From Azolla caroliniana (taxonomy: Eukaryota > Plantae > Polypodiophyta): 64,000 bases of DNA. Location of the stretch: NCBI GenBank assembly GCA_043228905.1, contig JBHGNT010000001.1, forward strand, positions 8,866,001 to 8,930,000, read 5' to 3'. The stretch's first letter is position 1. Each line of letters starts with the position of its first letter. Below are positions 51,970-64,000 of this stretch, piece after piece. The notes under the pieces were generated by a model. It saw only the letters and a list, made by a program, of their open reading frames with translations. It was not told the DNA's origin and made no database searches. A program made the position numbers and the translations under genes.

Positions 51970-54900
51970 AAGTCCTTGCAAGCATGTGGGACAACCAATC
52001 CCCGAATTCCTACATCTGGTCTATTTAAAAAGAAAGAGAATGCCTCTAAAATAAATAAATAAAGATAGGGGGCCAACGGGCACCCCTACCTGACAAACTT
52101 GCATAATGGAATTGATGGGCCCTGTTGCCCTAATACCAACACCCTACTCAAGCTTCCTTTGTAAAGGGCCAACACATCTGATATCCATTTTGAGGGTAGT
52201 CCCAGCCGCTCCATGACTTTGTCTAAAAAAGGCCACGATACTCTGTCATATGCCTTCTCGAAGTCCAGCATGAGACATGCAATATGTTGATTGGTTTTCT
52301 TTGTCAAGGCAATCACCTCCCAAAAGGTCAACACATTATCAATTATACATCTATTTTCCATGAATCTTGTTTGTCCAACATTAATTAGCGCATGCATGTG
52401 GGGTTTGACCCTCTCCGCTAGAATATTAGCAAAAATCTTATAGATTGTGTTGAGCAATGTAATCGGTCTCCATTGCCTCACATCCGTTACTATACCCTTT
52501 ACCTTAGGAATTAGAAATATTAGTCCCTCTTTAAAATTCTCAAGAAGGTACCCATCATCCCATGCCTCATTTAGTCCAGCAACCAGGTCAACCTTAATTA
52601 CTTCCCAAAAAATTTCAAAAAAATCTTTTGATAATCCATCAACACCTAGACAAGACATACTACATATACTTGCTAGAGCGTCTGACACCTCCTCTTCCAA
52701 GAGTGGCCCTGACAAGTTAACTTGTGCAACCTCTGAAATTCTTGGTTGCATTCCCTCCAATACAAATTCTGCCAGTGAAGGTTGGTCTGGGATACTATAA
52801 CTATTTGAGAGTAGCCCAGTATAGTGAGATGTGACTGCCTCCATCATCTCTGATACATCTTCTGACAGTGAACCATCATCCTTAATCAGTTTAGGATTGA
52901 AGTTACCGTTTGTGCTCGGTTTTTTAAACTTAAAAAATTGTCGGTTCACCTTGTCCCCATTGTTGCTCCACCAAGCTGTTGAACTCCTAAATACCATCTT
53001 ATTTCTTGACACAATCAACTGCTGTAGTGCTTCTTTAGCAGCCTCCACACCTGATCTCGACCATTGGCACTTGGGATTTTTCTGAAGCATTCTTTGGGCA
53101 GCCGCTATCGATCTTCTTAATCTCACCTCTCTTTCCTTAGACCTCACAATTCTATTTTTAGTCTCTTCATGCAAATAATTTGAAGTTTCAATAATCTTTC
53201 CTCGAAGATTATCCAATGCACCACAACCAGCTAGATTATTTTCCCATATGCTCCTTATCTTACTTCCCACCTCCACATCCTCAAAAAGTTTACTACTAAT
53301 CCTCAAATTGCAGTCCCTTTTTTTCCACCTCTAATTGACCAGCATAATCGTAATTGGCATGTGATCAGAGTAAGTTGAACCTGCGATGATTTCAACATTG
53401 CTGCCATATTTTTCCAGTTCCGAGCTTATGTATATTCTGTCGATGCGAGACATACAATAGCCATTTATATTGCAACTTGCTCTTGAGAAGCATAGCGAGC
53501 TCCAAGGCTTTTTTAGTACATACCAAGCATCTTTCACTCCCATTCTGCCCATCAACAAATCCCATACAACCTACTCTGACCCCTACACCACCGTATGCAT
53601 GCCCCCCACCTTGTCCTCTGTGTGCAAGTCATGTTAAAATCCTCTGCGAGGATCCATGCATCTGCCATCGGCCAATTACCTCCAAAAGAGGGCTTGCATC
53701 GCTGTCGAATTGGGCGCATACACATTTATTATTCCAATGATGCGTTGTTGCCATCTGACAGTCACATAGATGGCACATCCCTCCACGATGGTGCCTTGGC
53801 CCACAACAATAATATCTACATTATTCTTGATAGATGTACAAACACCCCATTTTCTACCATGCTCACCTTATGTTGGGGACCAAAAAGTATGTCAATCCCC
53901 CGCAACAGGATTGCCAATACTCAAGATTCTGTTCGCACTCAAATGGTGCTCTTGCAAGAGCAAAATGTCTGGGATCCCCCTAAAGCTAGGGGATTTGAAC
54001 TCTTGGCGGAGGTTCTTCCTCTCCAACATACATTTGCTACCGCCTAGACCTTGTATGTTCCACATGATTAATTTCATGAGATCAATTGTGAAGTCTCCCA
54101 AGCCGGACATCGTCCCTCCCTACGAGCCCATGCCCAACCTCCCGCCTTGATCCTCTCCCATCCTAAAACAACATCTTGCCTTGTAGCTTCTGCCATTTCC
54201 TCCTCATGGAAGTGCAACACCTCATCGAGGGAGTCTACCATCTCCTCTAGGCATAGTAAAATCTGTTTTTTAATGCAAGAATTATCAAAACTCCCACATA
54301 TCATTCCAGCATTCAGCCACATCAACATCCAATTATCTCCATTCCAGGTGATAGGCAGGTTGTGAAAATATTTTTGCGCCTTGACTTCTATAAAGTTGGA
54401 GATCTGTGGCATGTTATTGGTTGCAACCTTTAGGTCTGTTAGATCAAAAGAGAAGCCTATAGCCGGCAGCTTGTTTCGTTCAGCAATAACTACATAAACC
54501 CTTAGCCCTAGAGCTTCCCCATGTGACAAATCAGTCAGTCTTGTGAGAGCTTGCTAACTAAACCTATATCCCTTGTCCAGCATGTCCCCTTCCAATATTT
54601 TTGACCTAACAAATTTGATTGGAACTCTAACATTTGCCTACCTACTTCCTTGTCCCAATGCTTGCAACTTTTGAGTTTCGGGAGTGATGGATGAGCTTTC
54701 TTGACACCTCCCATTACGTTGTCGTGAAGATTTTTGGCAATGGTGTGAAAATCGCATAAAACATACGAAATCGAGTATAAATCATATAAAACAATAATAG
54801 TCAAAATACTATTTTAAATAAGTTTAATATCTTAGTACAAAAAGATGGAGGTCTTCAAGAGCTTTCGAATGCACTTTACTACATAAGAAACGGACATCTA

Positions 54901-57620
54901 AGTCTCAAGTTATGTGGGTAGGAAGTTTGCAAAGGAAAAGAAAAAGATAAAACTGTGAGATATCCCACATAGACAGGACAAATAAGGATCTCACCATATA
55001 TAAGGCAGAGCAAAAGCTATTATCTTTGTGTTTATGTGTGGAGTATAGAGAGTTCAAGGTAACTTGAACTAAGCTAATTGGATAAGAGGGTGTGGCCTAG
55101 TTACTTGTAAAAGTTTTGGCCAACCAAAATCGGTGGCAATCGGCGAGCCAACGACGGAACTGGTGAGCTGGCGGCAATCGGCGACCGGCGACTGGCAAGC
55201 AACGACCATCTGGTTACCGGCAAGAAACTCAAGATGCGAACCGAACCGGATCGGGATGCAGACTAGGCCGGACCAAACGAATGCAAATCGAACAGATCGG
55301 TCGGGTCGGTTGATCGTTGTGCATGGTGTCTTAAAGATATTTAGTCCAAAAGCCTAATAGTATTTTGTGCATAAAAGAAAAAGATGTAAGCAAGACTCAA
55401 ACTTAACACCTCCAAGATAGGAAGCAATAGGCTTACCATTAAGCCAAACCATTTCTTTAGGGATTATATTTTTATCGTTATAACTTTAGATGCAATTCTC
55501 ATGTGTGAGAGCTTAGATGATGACATGGTAAGCATGCATTGCGTGCATTGCATGCATTTCATGCATTCCGTGCATGTCTTGCACCCTCACATGCACCATA
55601 TGCATGGGGGCATCTATAAAAGAGTGGAGAAATCAAGCAAAAGGAGATTTTTATCAAGCAAGCTTTGTACTTTATATCAAAATTAATATTAAGAAGAAAA
55701 TTCGTTATCTAATTGATGTATTAATCTTGTTCTTCAAATCTAAAGTCAAGAGTTCAATCTTAATCTCTCTCTCTTAATCTCAATCTCTCTCTCAATCTAT
55801 CTTAAATCCTTTCTCACTAAAGCCAGTGCATACTTCGAGTCCTTCTAGTCCAAAACCCTGGTGGTTCCGCCTCACGATCCGCACATAGTGCCAAATCTTC
55901 ACGACAACGTAACCAGTCTTTCATTGCTCTCAATCCCATACTTCCACTTTTGCCAATGGAGGAAGGGGAGCTCATGGTAGATTCTTGTCTAAGTGTTGCA
56001 CTTTTTAACATGACCTCCGGTGTACATGCTACCACCTCTTCAACAATAGTTTTCCTTGAATCTTGTGCTAGGTCCTCCTCTTCTTGCAACACTCCAAAAC
56101 GATTTCTCAAATCTACATGAGGCATATCCGTGTTTACTTCTCGTTGCAAGCCATTTTTGAGTCCCAAAACACGAGTCCAGCCATTTGCACTAGTGTACGC
56201 CTTCTCAGCCCCATTGAGGGTACTCAATCTTGTCTCCCTTATCGTCTCTTGCTTATCTAACGGACCCGTAACCTTCTCCCCCCTTACATTTCCATTAATC
56301 TTCCTTGGACATTCCTTGGCAATGTGGCCCTTTCTTTTACAATAGAAACATTGGCCAAGTAAACCCTCATATTCCACTTCCACATCTATCAATCTTGCCT
56401 CCACATCATGCACTCTAATTAGAGAGGGAAGTGTGGACAAACTTTGCGCAAGCACCCTAATCTTAGGGGAGTCTCGGATTTTGTCTACCATGGTTGCCTT
56501 TGAAGGACAAATTGTGCCAATCTTCTCCCCAATATTTTGCATCAAAGGATATAAGTGTTGAGGCAGATTAGGGAATACCATAGATATCACCATGGGATTA
56601 CCAATTTTCTTAGCCTCATCCATAACATTGAAATTAGCATGCCACCCCAACAACAGAGCTCTTCCATATTTGAGTTCTACACATTTCATATTGATAATTT
56701 GTGATACATCACTCCCTTCGATCACTTCAATGTGAAAGAAATTTCATCCCATATTATCCACATTCTTTATTATGTGGGACCTCATCCATTAAAGCTACCT
56801 GTAGCATATCACGGACCATACCTCTACTAGGCCTACCACCAAGTAGCTTACAAATGAACGAACATTTCTTTAATCTTTTGATCTCAGCATTTAGGATTGT
56901 ACTTTCTTCTTTAGACAAAAAAACATCCAATACATCAGAAGTCTCCACCATTTTCAAATCCTTATCATGATCTCCTCTCATGCATGCATTATGTGCCTGA
57001 CCACATTCTTGCAAAAGATTTTCCACTTGTAACGTGTACTCCATGGCCTCACTCTCCACCATAGGCAACCCTTGAGGTGATCCTCCTTGTAGTCCCCGCT
57101 GCCCCTCTTCGTCCTTTTGCCATAATGCAAGGTTGGAATGATCTCCCCCATCTTCTTGCTTCCGGGCATCTACTTTCCAAACATCTGATTCTCCCCACAC
57201 TCGCGAATCCTCATTGCCATCAACTGTGAAGAGGGTTGCAGCCATACTGCTGGAAGGAGCCCTAATCATCTCTTCCATCCATCTCCTCTTATCTGTCTGA
57301 TTCACCAATTCCTTACATATCCTACCTGCTCCTCCATTAATATGTTTCCCTACATCTTTCCATGCGTCACTTACTTCCCTGTGTTCCAAATTCCCAACCT
57401 GTTGCTTCTCCCGACCATTAACCATCCTTTGTAATGCATACCTCAACTCCACCCACCGGACGGGCGGCACCCTTGCCGCTGGTACTTTAATCGATGACAT
57501 GGAATCTACTTTACTACCCTCAAATGGCTCCCTTGCCACCATGTTCTTTTGTAGCCCGTTGCCCTTTGGCTCCCTTGCCCTCTAATGCTCTACTCTTATC
57601 CTTACACCCTAATAAAAAAC
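51970..57620 (-). mobile_element. LINE family A copy 3 (5' UTR, ORF1, extra domain, EN, RT N-half), interrupted by a solo LTR and cut by copia element 2
   Basis: ORF1 from ATG 57542 with YEGLLGQCFYCKRKGHIAKEC; MKLIMWNIQGL (EN); SRIDR, SDHMPI; a 406-aa RT stretch at 53306-52086. Confidence 0.9.
54720..55906 (+). mobile_element. Solo-LTR-like insertion (1187 bp) with 14-bp perfect terminal inverted repeats and ACGT TSD
   Basis: TGTCGTGAAGATTT...AAATCTTCACGACA termini. ACGT at 54716-54719 and 55907-55910. The empty site is seen in LINE A copy 1 (~19650, TTTACGCAATGGG). TATA-like ATATATAAGG at ~55000. Strand is inferred. Confidence 0.85.
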
Positions 57621-57804
57621 GTACCTGATATTGTAGGGGTAGGGAAACTCAGCATCGATTTGGTTCATTCGCGACGCTCTGTGCAGCCAACAAACACTCC
57701 AATGCTTCATGTGACTGTTGGTGGTTCACAATGGATTAGATTCCACTTATGGGGATTGAGAGTGAATCATTATATAATATAGACCATAGTCAATCCAATC
57801 CAAC

Positions 57805-57885
57805 TTTGAGATGATTTACCATACACATTTGATTGAATCATTCTCAAATGCGAATGCGCGTATGATACGTATGGTTCATTCTATG
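57805..57885. mobile_element. Isolated right end of the same hAT-like MITE family as 2024-2858
   Basis: TTTACCAT..TGATTGAATCATTCTC.AA..CGAATGC.CG.ATG.T.CGTATGGTTCAT.CTATG matches 2788-2858. Confidence 0.7.
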
Positions 57886-60800
57886 CATATAGGTAATTAC
57901 CTGTTTTTCTACCAATGTTAAGTTCTAACTATCAGTATAATAAATACTTCAGTGTAGAGTAAAATCACCCCCACATTGTCAAAAAAATGGCTTTAAAATA
58001 CCTTTGCTCCATATAGCATGAAACTCTAAATGTCGTAATTCTAACCATCGAGTGGTGCCCTTTATGTTATACAAACAACCTCTTAGATTATGCACAAACT
58101 TTGTCCAAATCCCAACAATTGTTTGAGCAAGCCTTTCTATCATATTGTGGAATACCTTCAAGCACGTGACCTTCCAAATATACCGGTAGCTATTTGTGGA
58201 TTCAGCCGTATAATTGTTTTTTGCACTAGACCATAATTTGAGGCATGTTTTAATTTCGATGATATACAAATAGTTGTCCTCATTTCCAAATATATTAATG
58301 TCAGGATTAAAATTGGTTGCATGTTTAAAAGTAATCCCAAGTTTTGGAAGTAATTGGGTAGTCATCACAAGAGTATATACATAAATGAAAGCGAGAGTTG
58401 AACCTATACACATATACAATCACCTTCTTATGTGTAGTCATCTTCCACGTCCACTATCTAGGCTTCATTTCTTAAATACATTAAAAGCTCTACAGTTTAT
58501 GTATTTTAACCAATGAGTTCAATGAGTCGATGTCAAACTTATGAATACACATTATTGCACGAGTAGGAAATACATCCTAAATTATAAATATGGCACTCAT
58601 ATACAAATGCATAAGTCATGACTCGTGAACCATGTTTGATATACTCATCGAATAAGATGTTGCCACACGACCATATTGAGTATTGAGAACTTTTATATAT
58701 TCTTTTTTCAAGATATTATTCGTCGATACCCCCAAGTCCCTTGAAATTCTTTCTCAAGAGTAACATGCATATGAACCAACCATAATCAATATCCATTAAT
58801 ATTATGAGGTTATGAACCAACATTAAGCTCATATTTTGTTAATGAAACCCCATCAAGAGATATGAGATAGTAAACCTTCTTTTACAGGCATATATGATCC
58901 ATGTCAATGTGCAGACATATCCTTAGAATATCACAAAGATTGTAATAAATACATAAATATTGTGATTGATTGGTTGGTGAACATCATGAAATCCACTATT
59001 TATCTCATAAATAGGATAACCCACCACCTCATCACAATTGTGCATGAGCAACATACATCTATGACACCATTTGTGATGGTTACACCCACAATGCACTCAA
59101 GTGACATGGTTATACCCACCAATACTCTCAATTGACATGTTTGCATGGAGTTGTATAAAAGGTTTCCCTAATTTATTTGTTTAAAATTTGCAAATGCTAG
59201 AACTCAATGTGATATTGATATTAATAGCAATAAGTCATATTCATACACATACTTTAAATTAAGAAGGGAAAAACATAAGTCATATACATATGCATAATTG
59301 TATTCTTGGAGTAGTTTTCTTGGTTTGACCACTATTTGGTCTTATATGATCAATTAAAGATAAGGAAATATGCCTTTCATAAATAACCAAATGTTCATTG
59401 GAGGAAAGTTGAAACTATTCTAGAGTTTTTGATATTTCTACAAGTTTCATCTTCCCAAACACCTTTGCTCAACCCTCGAAAGACTCATTAATTCAGCTCT
59501 TGTATTTTCCAGCTCAACCTTCCATGACCAATGTGCTTAAGGTCGTGAAAATTTGTGTTTCATGCATGTGTGAAGGATTTACCATGTTCGGTCAATTTTC
59601 ATCTATTTCATAGTCAACAATCAATGTGTTACTTACAATATGCCTCACTTCGTTCTTGATCTCATAAATGCTTGCATGATGATGTTACACGACATTATGC
59701 CTATGACCTTTAATTGTATCCTTTAATGTTTTATTTTAATCGTTATTCTAATATTTTGCATTGTAATATCTGTTCAAAACTCAAAAAATCAAGTTGTGCA
59801 AATAAATCTATGCATAAATAACATGGGTGAACAGCTACGACTGGCACATTTGGACAATGGGGACATATATGTTTATTTTTTATGCATACTTATAACTACT
59901 TTTTCATCTACTAAACATTTACATCGATAGAGTTTTGTGGGAAACAACCCATGTAAGCTTGATGTTTCATATTTCCTTGTCGTGTTCACTAGCAACAACT
60001 TTTGCAAGCAATGTGAAGCACATAAAGTGTTAAGGGTAGGAGGAGGATAAGAGCAACTTAACCCCTAGTTTGAAGTTTTAAAATCCCCATTTTTTTACCC
60101 AGTTTCAGGATAAGGCCAACTTAACTTCAATATTCTCATGGATGATTGGGATACTTATTGGTACATTAATGGTTCTTGTAGTGAGTAGTTTTTCCTAAGT
60201 GGCTGCAACCTCACCACTTGTGATCACACTTCATTGTTATCTTGGCTCACCAATATCCTAGGGTAGGAGAATCCTTATCATGATTAACATCCATTGTTAC
60301 ATGGCTCGAACATTAGCTCACCGAACTTTGGGAATGTGTTTATTAATTGCAATCATGGACAAGCTCGTAAATTATCGGTGGCATTCATAGTGGTAATGCC
60401 CAACTTAGTAGATTTAGAGGTATTTTTCTAAGGGGCGCTCTTTGAAGCTTTATATGAGCATTCAATATCACATTATTTGTTACGATGGTGGTGTCAGACA
60501 TTTTAAAGGTTGGCTATTCATGCCTACGAGGTCTATCCCGACGAGTTGAGAGGCTAGGGAGTAAGGGATTGATTTTTATAGAGATCCCATCATAATATAT
60601 ATATTGAATTGCCTGCTTCGTACGGGTAAAGATCCAAAGAACTATTAAAGTGACATTGCACCGGGGAGCCATGCAAGGACGTGACAACTTCAATTTTGAA
60701 TGATGTGTTTGGTGAGTTGGAGTAGTGGTGTCCAAATAGTGCCTTAAGCAACCAAAACCATTCAAAATACATATGTGTGTTTGTGGGTGTGGGAAAGGAA

Positions 60801-61212
60801 AACAAAAGATGGGTTGTTGACTAGGGAACTCTTTCAAAGTTTGCTAGAAACAAAGCAAAAGCAAGTGTACAAACCGAGGCACAATGTGTGCATGTGCCTC
60901 GTATGTGTGTATATGTTTTGTCACGGTGGGGGAGATACGTTAAAACCACATGATGGCATAGGGGAGGTCACAAAAACCGGGGAGATACATACATACATAC
61001 ACTTAGCAATGCAATTTTATAAACAAGATGAGCAATTCCCGAGCTATCAAGTTGTACGTGGGGGGGGGGTAAAAAAAAAGAGAGTATCTAGTGTTTCTCG
61101 TGTGTCGTAATTAAGACAAGTAAATCTAGGAGAGCCATTTCATATTAGATGACGAAATGGGGATCTTGGGTGGGTATGCGTATGTACGTGCATATGTATG
61201 AATATAATTTAG

Positions 61213-61399
61213 TATGTATGTATGTATGTATGTATGTATGTATGTATATGAATGTATGTATGTATGTATATGAATGTATGTATGTATGTATTTTCGATTC
61301 GTGTGGAAGAGCCCCATGGTCTCATCGGAAACCGAAACATGTGCTCCACATTTCTTCTTCTTCTTCTTCTTCTTCTTCTTCTTCTTCTTCTTCTTCTTC
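61213..61399. repeat. (TATG)n and (CTT)n microsatellites upstream of the BRX-like gene
   Basis: Direct reading: (TATG)n at ~61213-61290 and (CTT)n at ~61352-61399. Confidence 0.9.
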
Positions 61400-61910
61400 C
61401 TTTATTTGTTTTGATCCTTGGTAAATAAAGTGTTGTCCCTTCCCAATTTACATGATGTACATATATATATATACATACATTTGCATGTTTTACCATTGTC
61501 CCCCAAATTCATTCATTAAATTTTGAGTAGCTTCTATCAATCCATGTCAATCGAAAAAACAAAACAATGTAAACCATTTATGCACACAACTTAACTTTTA
61601 TTCCACCCCCCAATTCAATGAATCGATATTAACATACATATTCTTTCCTTTCCTTTTCATTTCTTTTTCTTTTTCTTTTTTTTTTCCTTTTTTAAGAAAG
61701 CCTTCGTTTATTAATGCCTTAGGATAGAGATATAATAGAGAGAGATCAGAGAGAATCGAATCGGGGGTAATCCAAGAGGGCCGCATTATTTTCAATTCAG
61801 ATCAATTTTACTCGCAGTATTAATGTATCACAATCGCCATTAGAATTAGAATTACCGCTGTAAGATTTAAACTGTTGGTAATTAGTTATCATTACTATTC
61901 GATTATAGCA

Positions 61911-62890
61911 ATGCTAGGGTGCATAATCACTTGCTCTAATTCCAAGGGCGCTTCTTCTGCTTCTGCTACTGATGATCATGATCCTGAGCGTTCAATATCT
62001 GGCTGTGTGAATCCACCGAAATACGACAACAATTGCAGTAATAATAGCAGTAGAAAATCATGTAATGGCGGCATTAATTCTAGTGCTAGAGACCACCACA
62101 TTACAACGCGGTCAATTATCTCCAACCAGCTGGTAATTTTTGCATACGGATGTTCTGCCTTCATTAGGACCCTTCATTCCTATGTTAATAATGAATCTCT
62201 TCTATCATCATCAGTAGTAAGTACATAATTACGACTAAATTGCCTCACATTTTTTTAGGAATTTCTGTTCTTTGCTATATATACTTCTAAAGTCAATTGG
62301 AAATTAATTTTGAAAGCACATTTTGTGAAGGAATTTTCTGTGTGGTGGGGATGCTACTAAATTATTATTATAAATTATAATGATCGGCCATGTATATTTA
62401 GCTATAAAAATCAAATAAATGGAAGACAATTCCTTCTGCTGCATTTCTAATTATCTATGATCAACATAAATGCATATAAACAAATTCATGCTCATATTAT
62501 CACATGAAATTCTAATTAATCTTACCCCCTTTTTTAATTTGTCAGCGTTAATTATATTATAATGTTTCTTGCCTGGTTTTTTCACTTTTCATTTCTCAGA
62601 TTAAGAAACAGTATATGTTGATAAATAAATAAAAAGATTGGCTGTACATTTGAGTTCAGAAAATTGAATTGAATGAAACTGACATGAATTGAATTGAATT
62701 GAATGCAGCTTAAAAAGGGGAGGCTCAACATTAATTTCAAGATACCCTCCTGCATGTCGTCCATTTACATGCCCACCTCCTCCACTCAGAGACTAGCTAT
62801 GGAGCAACAGCTTCTAATCCATGAAGAAGAGGAGAGGATGAGATTATGCAGTAACAGTTATAATAACACCATGGACGCTTCCTCCTCCTC

Positions 62891-62921
<31 letters not shown>

Positions 62922-63475
62922 GAAGAAGAAGAAGAAGAAGAAGACGGCAATGGCACCAAGATCAACAGGCGTAACACCTCCATTAATGCACCTTCATCTT
63001 CTTCTTCTTCTTCTTCGTATTCATCCCATCAGATCGGATCGACTCAGTGGATCCATAATCATAGCAATACGAATAAGAAGAAGAAGAAGAAGACGAAGAT
63101 TAATGGTAGCAGTAGTAGTAATTACGCTAATCACCGTCGTTACACAGATCATCGCTACGCTAATTGTAAGCAAAGGAATGTGAGTATATTGGATCACTCC
63201 TCGACACGCATGCCATTAATTAAATCATCCCCATCCTCATCCTCACATTGCGAGGATATAATGAACAGCAAGATTGATACAGTTAATGGCGGGGCCGCCA
63301 TAATAAACAACAGTGAGGATCAAGTGGAGGAGGAGGAGGAGAAAGAAGAAGAAGAAGAAGAGAAATCAGTTGAGTGGATTGCTCAAGTTGAGCCAGGGAT
63401 TCTCATAACATTCCAATCCTTCCGAGACGAAGAATCTGGCGATGGTGGGAACGAGCTCAAGAGGATTAGATTCAG
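61911..63475 (+). CDS. BREVIS RADIX-like (BRX-domain) protein, first two coding exons; continues beyond the window
   Basis: Exon 61911-62132 (MLGCIITCSNSK..TRSIISNQL, BRX N-terminus-like). Exon 62709-63475 ends EWIAQVEPGILITFQSF..GGNELKRIRF followed by AG|GTGAG, i.e. the start of a BRX domain. The phase-0 GT-AG join is consistent. Confidence 0.85.
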
Positions 63476-64000
63476 GTGAGCAATTTCTTTAAATTCTTTC
63501 TGCTTTTTTCGATCTCCTTTTCTTTTTGTCCATCAATCCATTCCCCTTTTTTTTTCCTTCTAAATTTAGCAAAAAACAGAAATGTGTGAAAAAAAATCAT
63601 ATATATTATGGTTAAGAATAAGACGTTTACCCAAAAAAACACTCTATTAACCAAATTTAACTAGATAATACAAAATGGTGTACAATAGTTAGTGATAAAC
63701 AATGCAATTGACCAGAATTGGCTAAGATGGTGTAAAGAATAATGACAAAATGCAATGACCATATGTGTGTGTGTGTGTGTTGTAAATAATTGTTTTGTTG
63801 GCTTGTGTAGTGTCCAATATCGTTTGTGACTAGTGTGTGTCCGTAGGTTAGTCAATTGATCGATCGATCGATCTCCCCCACTTGCATTTTGTCTTGCCTA
63901 ACTAAGCGTATAAAAGAGTGGCCCCATCTATGATCTTCATAGTGGCCAAGACTTCCTAGTTGTGCTTAGCAACTAAAGAATAGGACGGGAAAAGAACATA

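Noticed and set aside
32280-57620. LINE A copies 2 and 3 as two halves of one element split by a 15-kb nest
   Set aside because: They overlap over the same RT region (35370-36330 vs 51980-52920) with different sequences, so they are separate copies.
60514-61800. Short ORFs upstream of the BRX-like gene
   Set aside because: Driven by TATG/CTT microsatellites; likely promoter, 5' UTR or UTR intron.

Overview
Eukaryotic, AT-rich, repeat-dominated land-plant nuclear DNA. A fern origin is my inference from the PPR-motif style and retroelement families, and is not proven. Three intron-containing host genes can be assembled by hand: a bHLH of the FBH/AKS (bHLH122/130-like) group (10858-15206, +), a UDP-Gal/UDP-Glc (UTr2/4, SLC35B-type) nucleotide-sugar transporter (27384-25301, -), and the first two coding exons of a BREVIS RADIX-like gene (61911 to beyond 63475, +). 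The rest is nested, mostly decayed mobile DNA: five L1-clade LINE copies of two families, three Ty1/copia internal regions, several solo or partial LTRs, a 1.2-kb miniature gypsy-derived LTR element, a hAT-like and a Tc1/mariner-like MITE, a PLS-PPR fragment and a 3'-truncated U6 snRNA copy inside a (GA)n microsatellite. The most notable patterns are: (1) a group of LTRs with shared TGTC(G/A)(T/C)G termini that repeatedly sit at T-ACGT sites with 4-bp target duplications, inside LINEs; (2) the U6 retrocopy in a microsatellite; (3) a conserved, unassigned ~130-aa domain between ORF1 and ORF2 of LINE family A; (4) a copia with a duplicated PPT bracketing a 3' extension; (5) an ABRE cluster, GC-AG intron and NAGNAG acceptor at the AKS-like bHLH. 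All calls are by eye; no searches were run.
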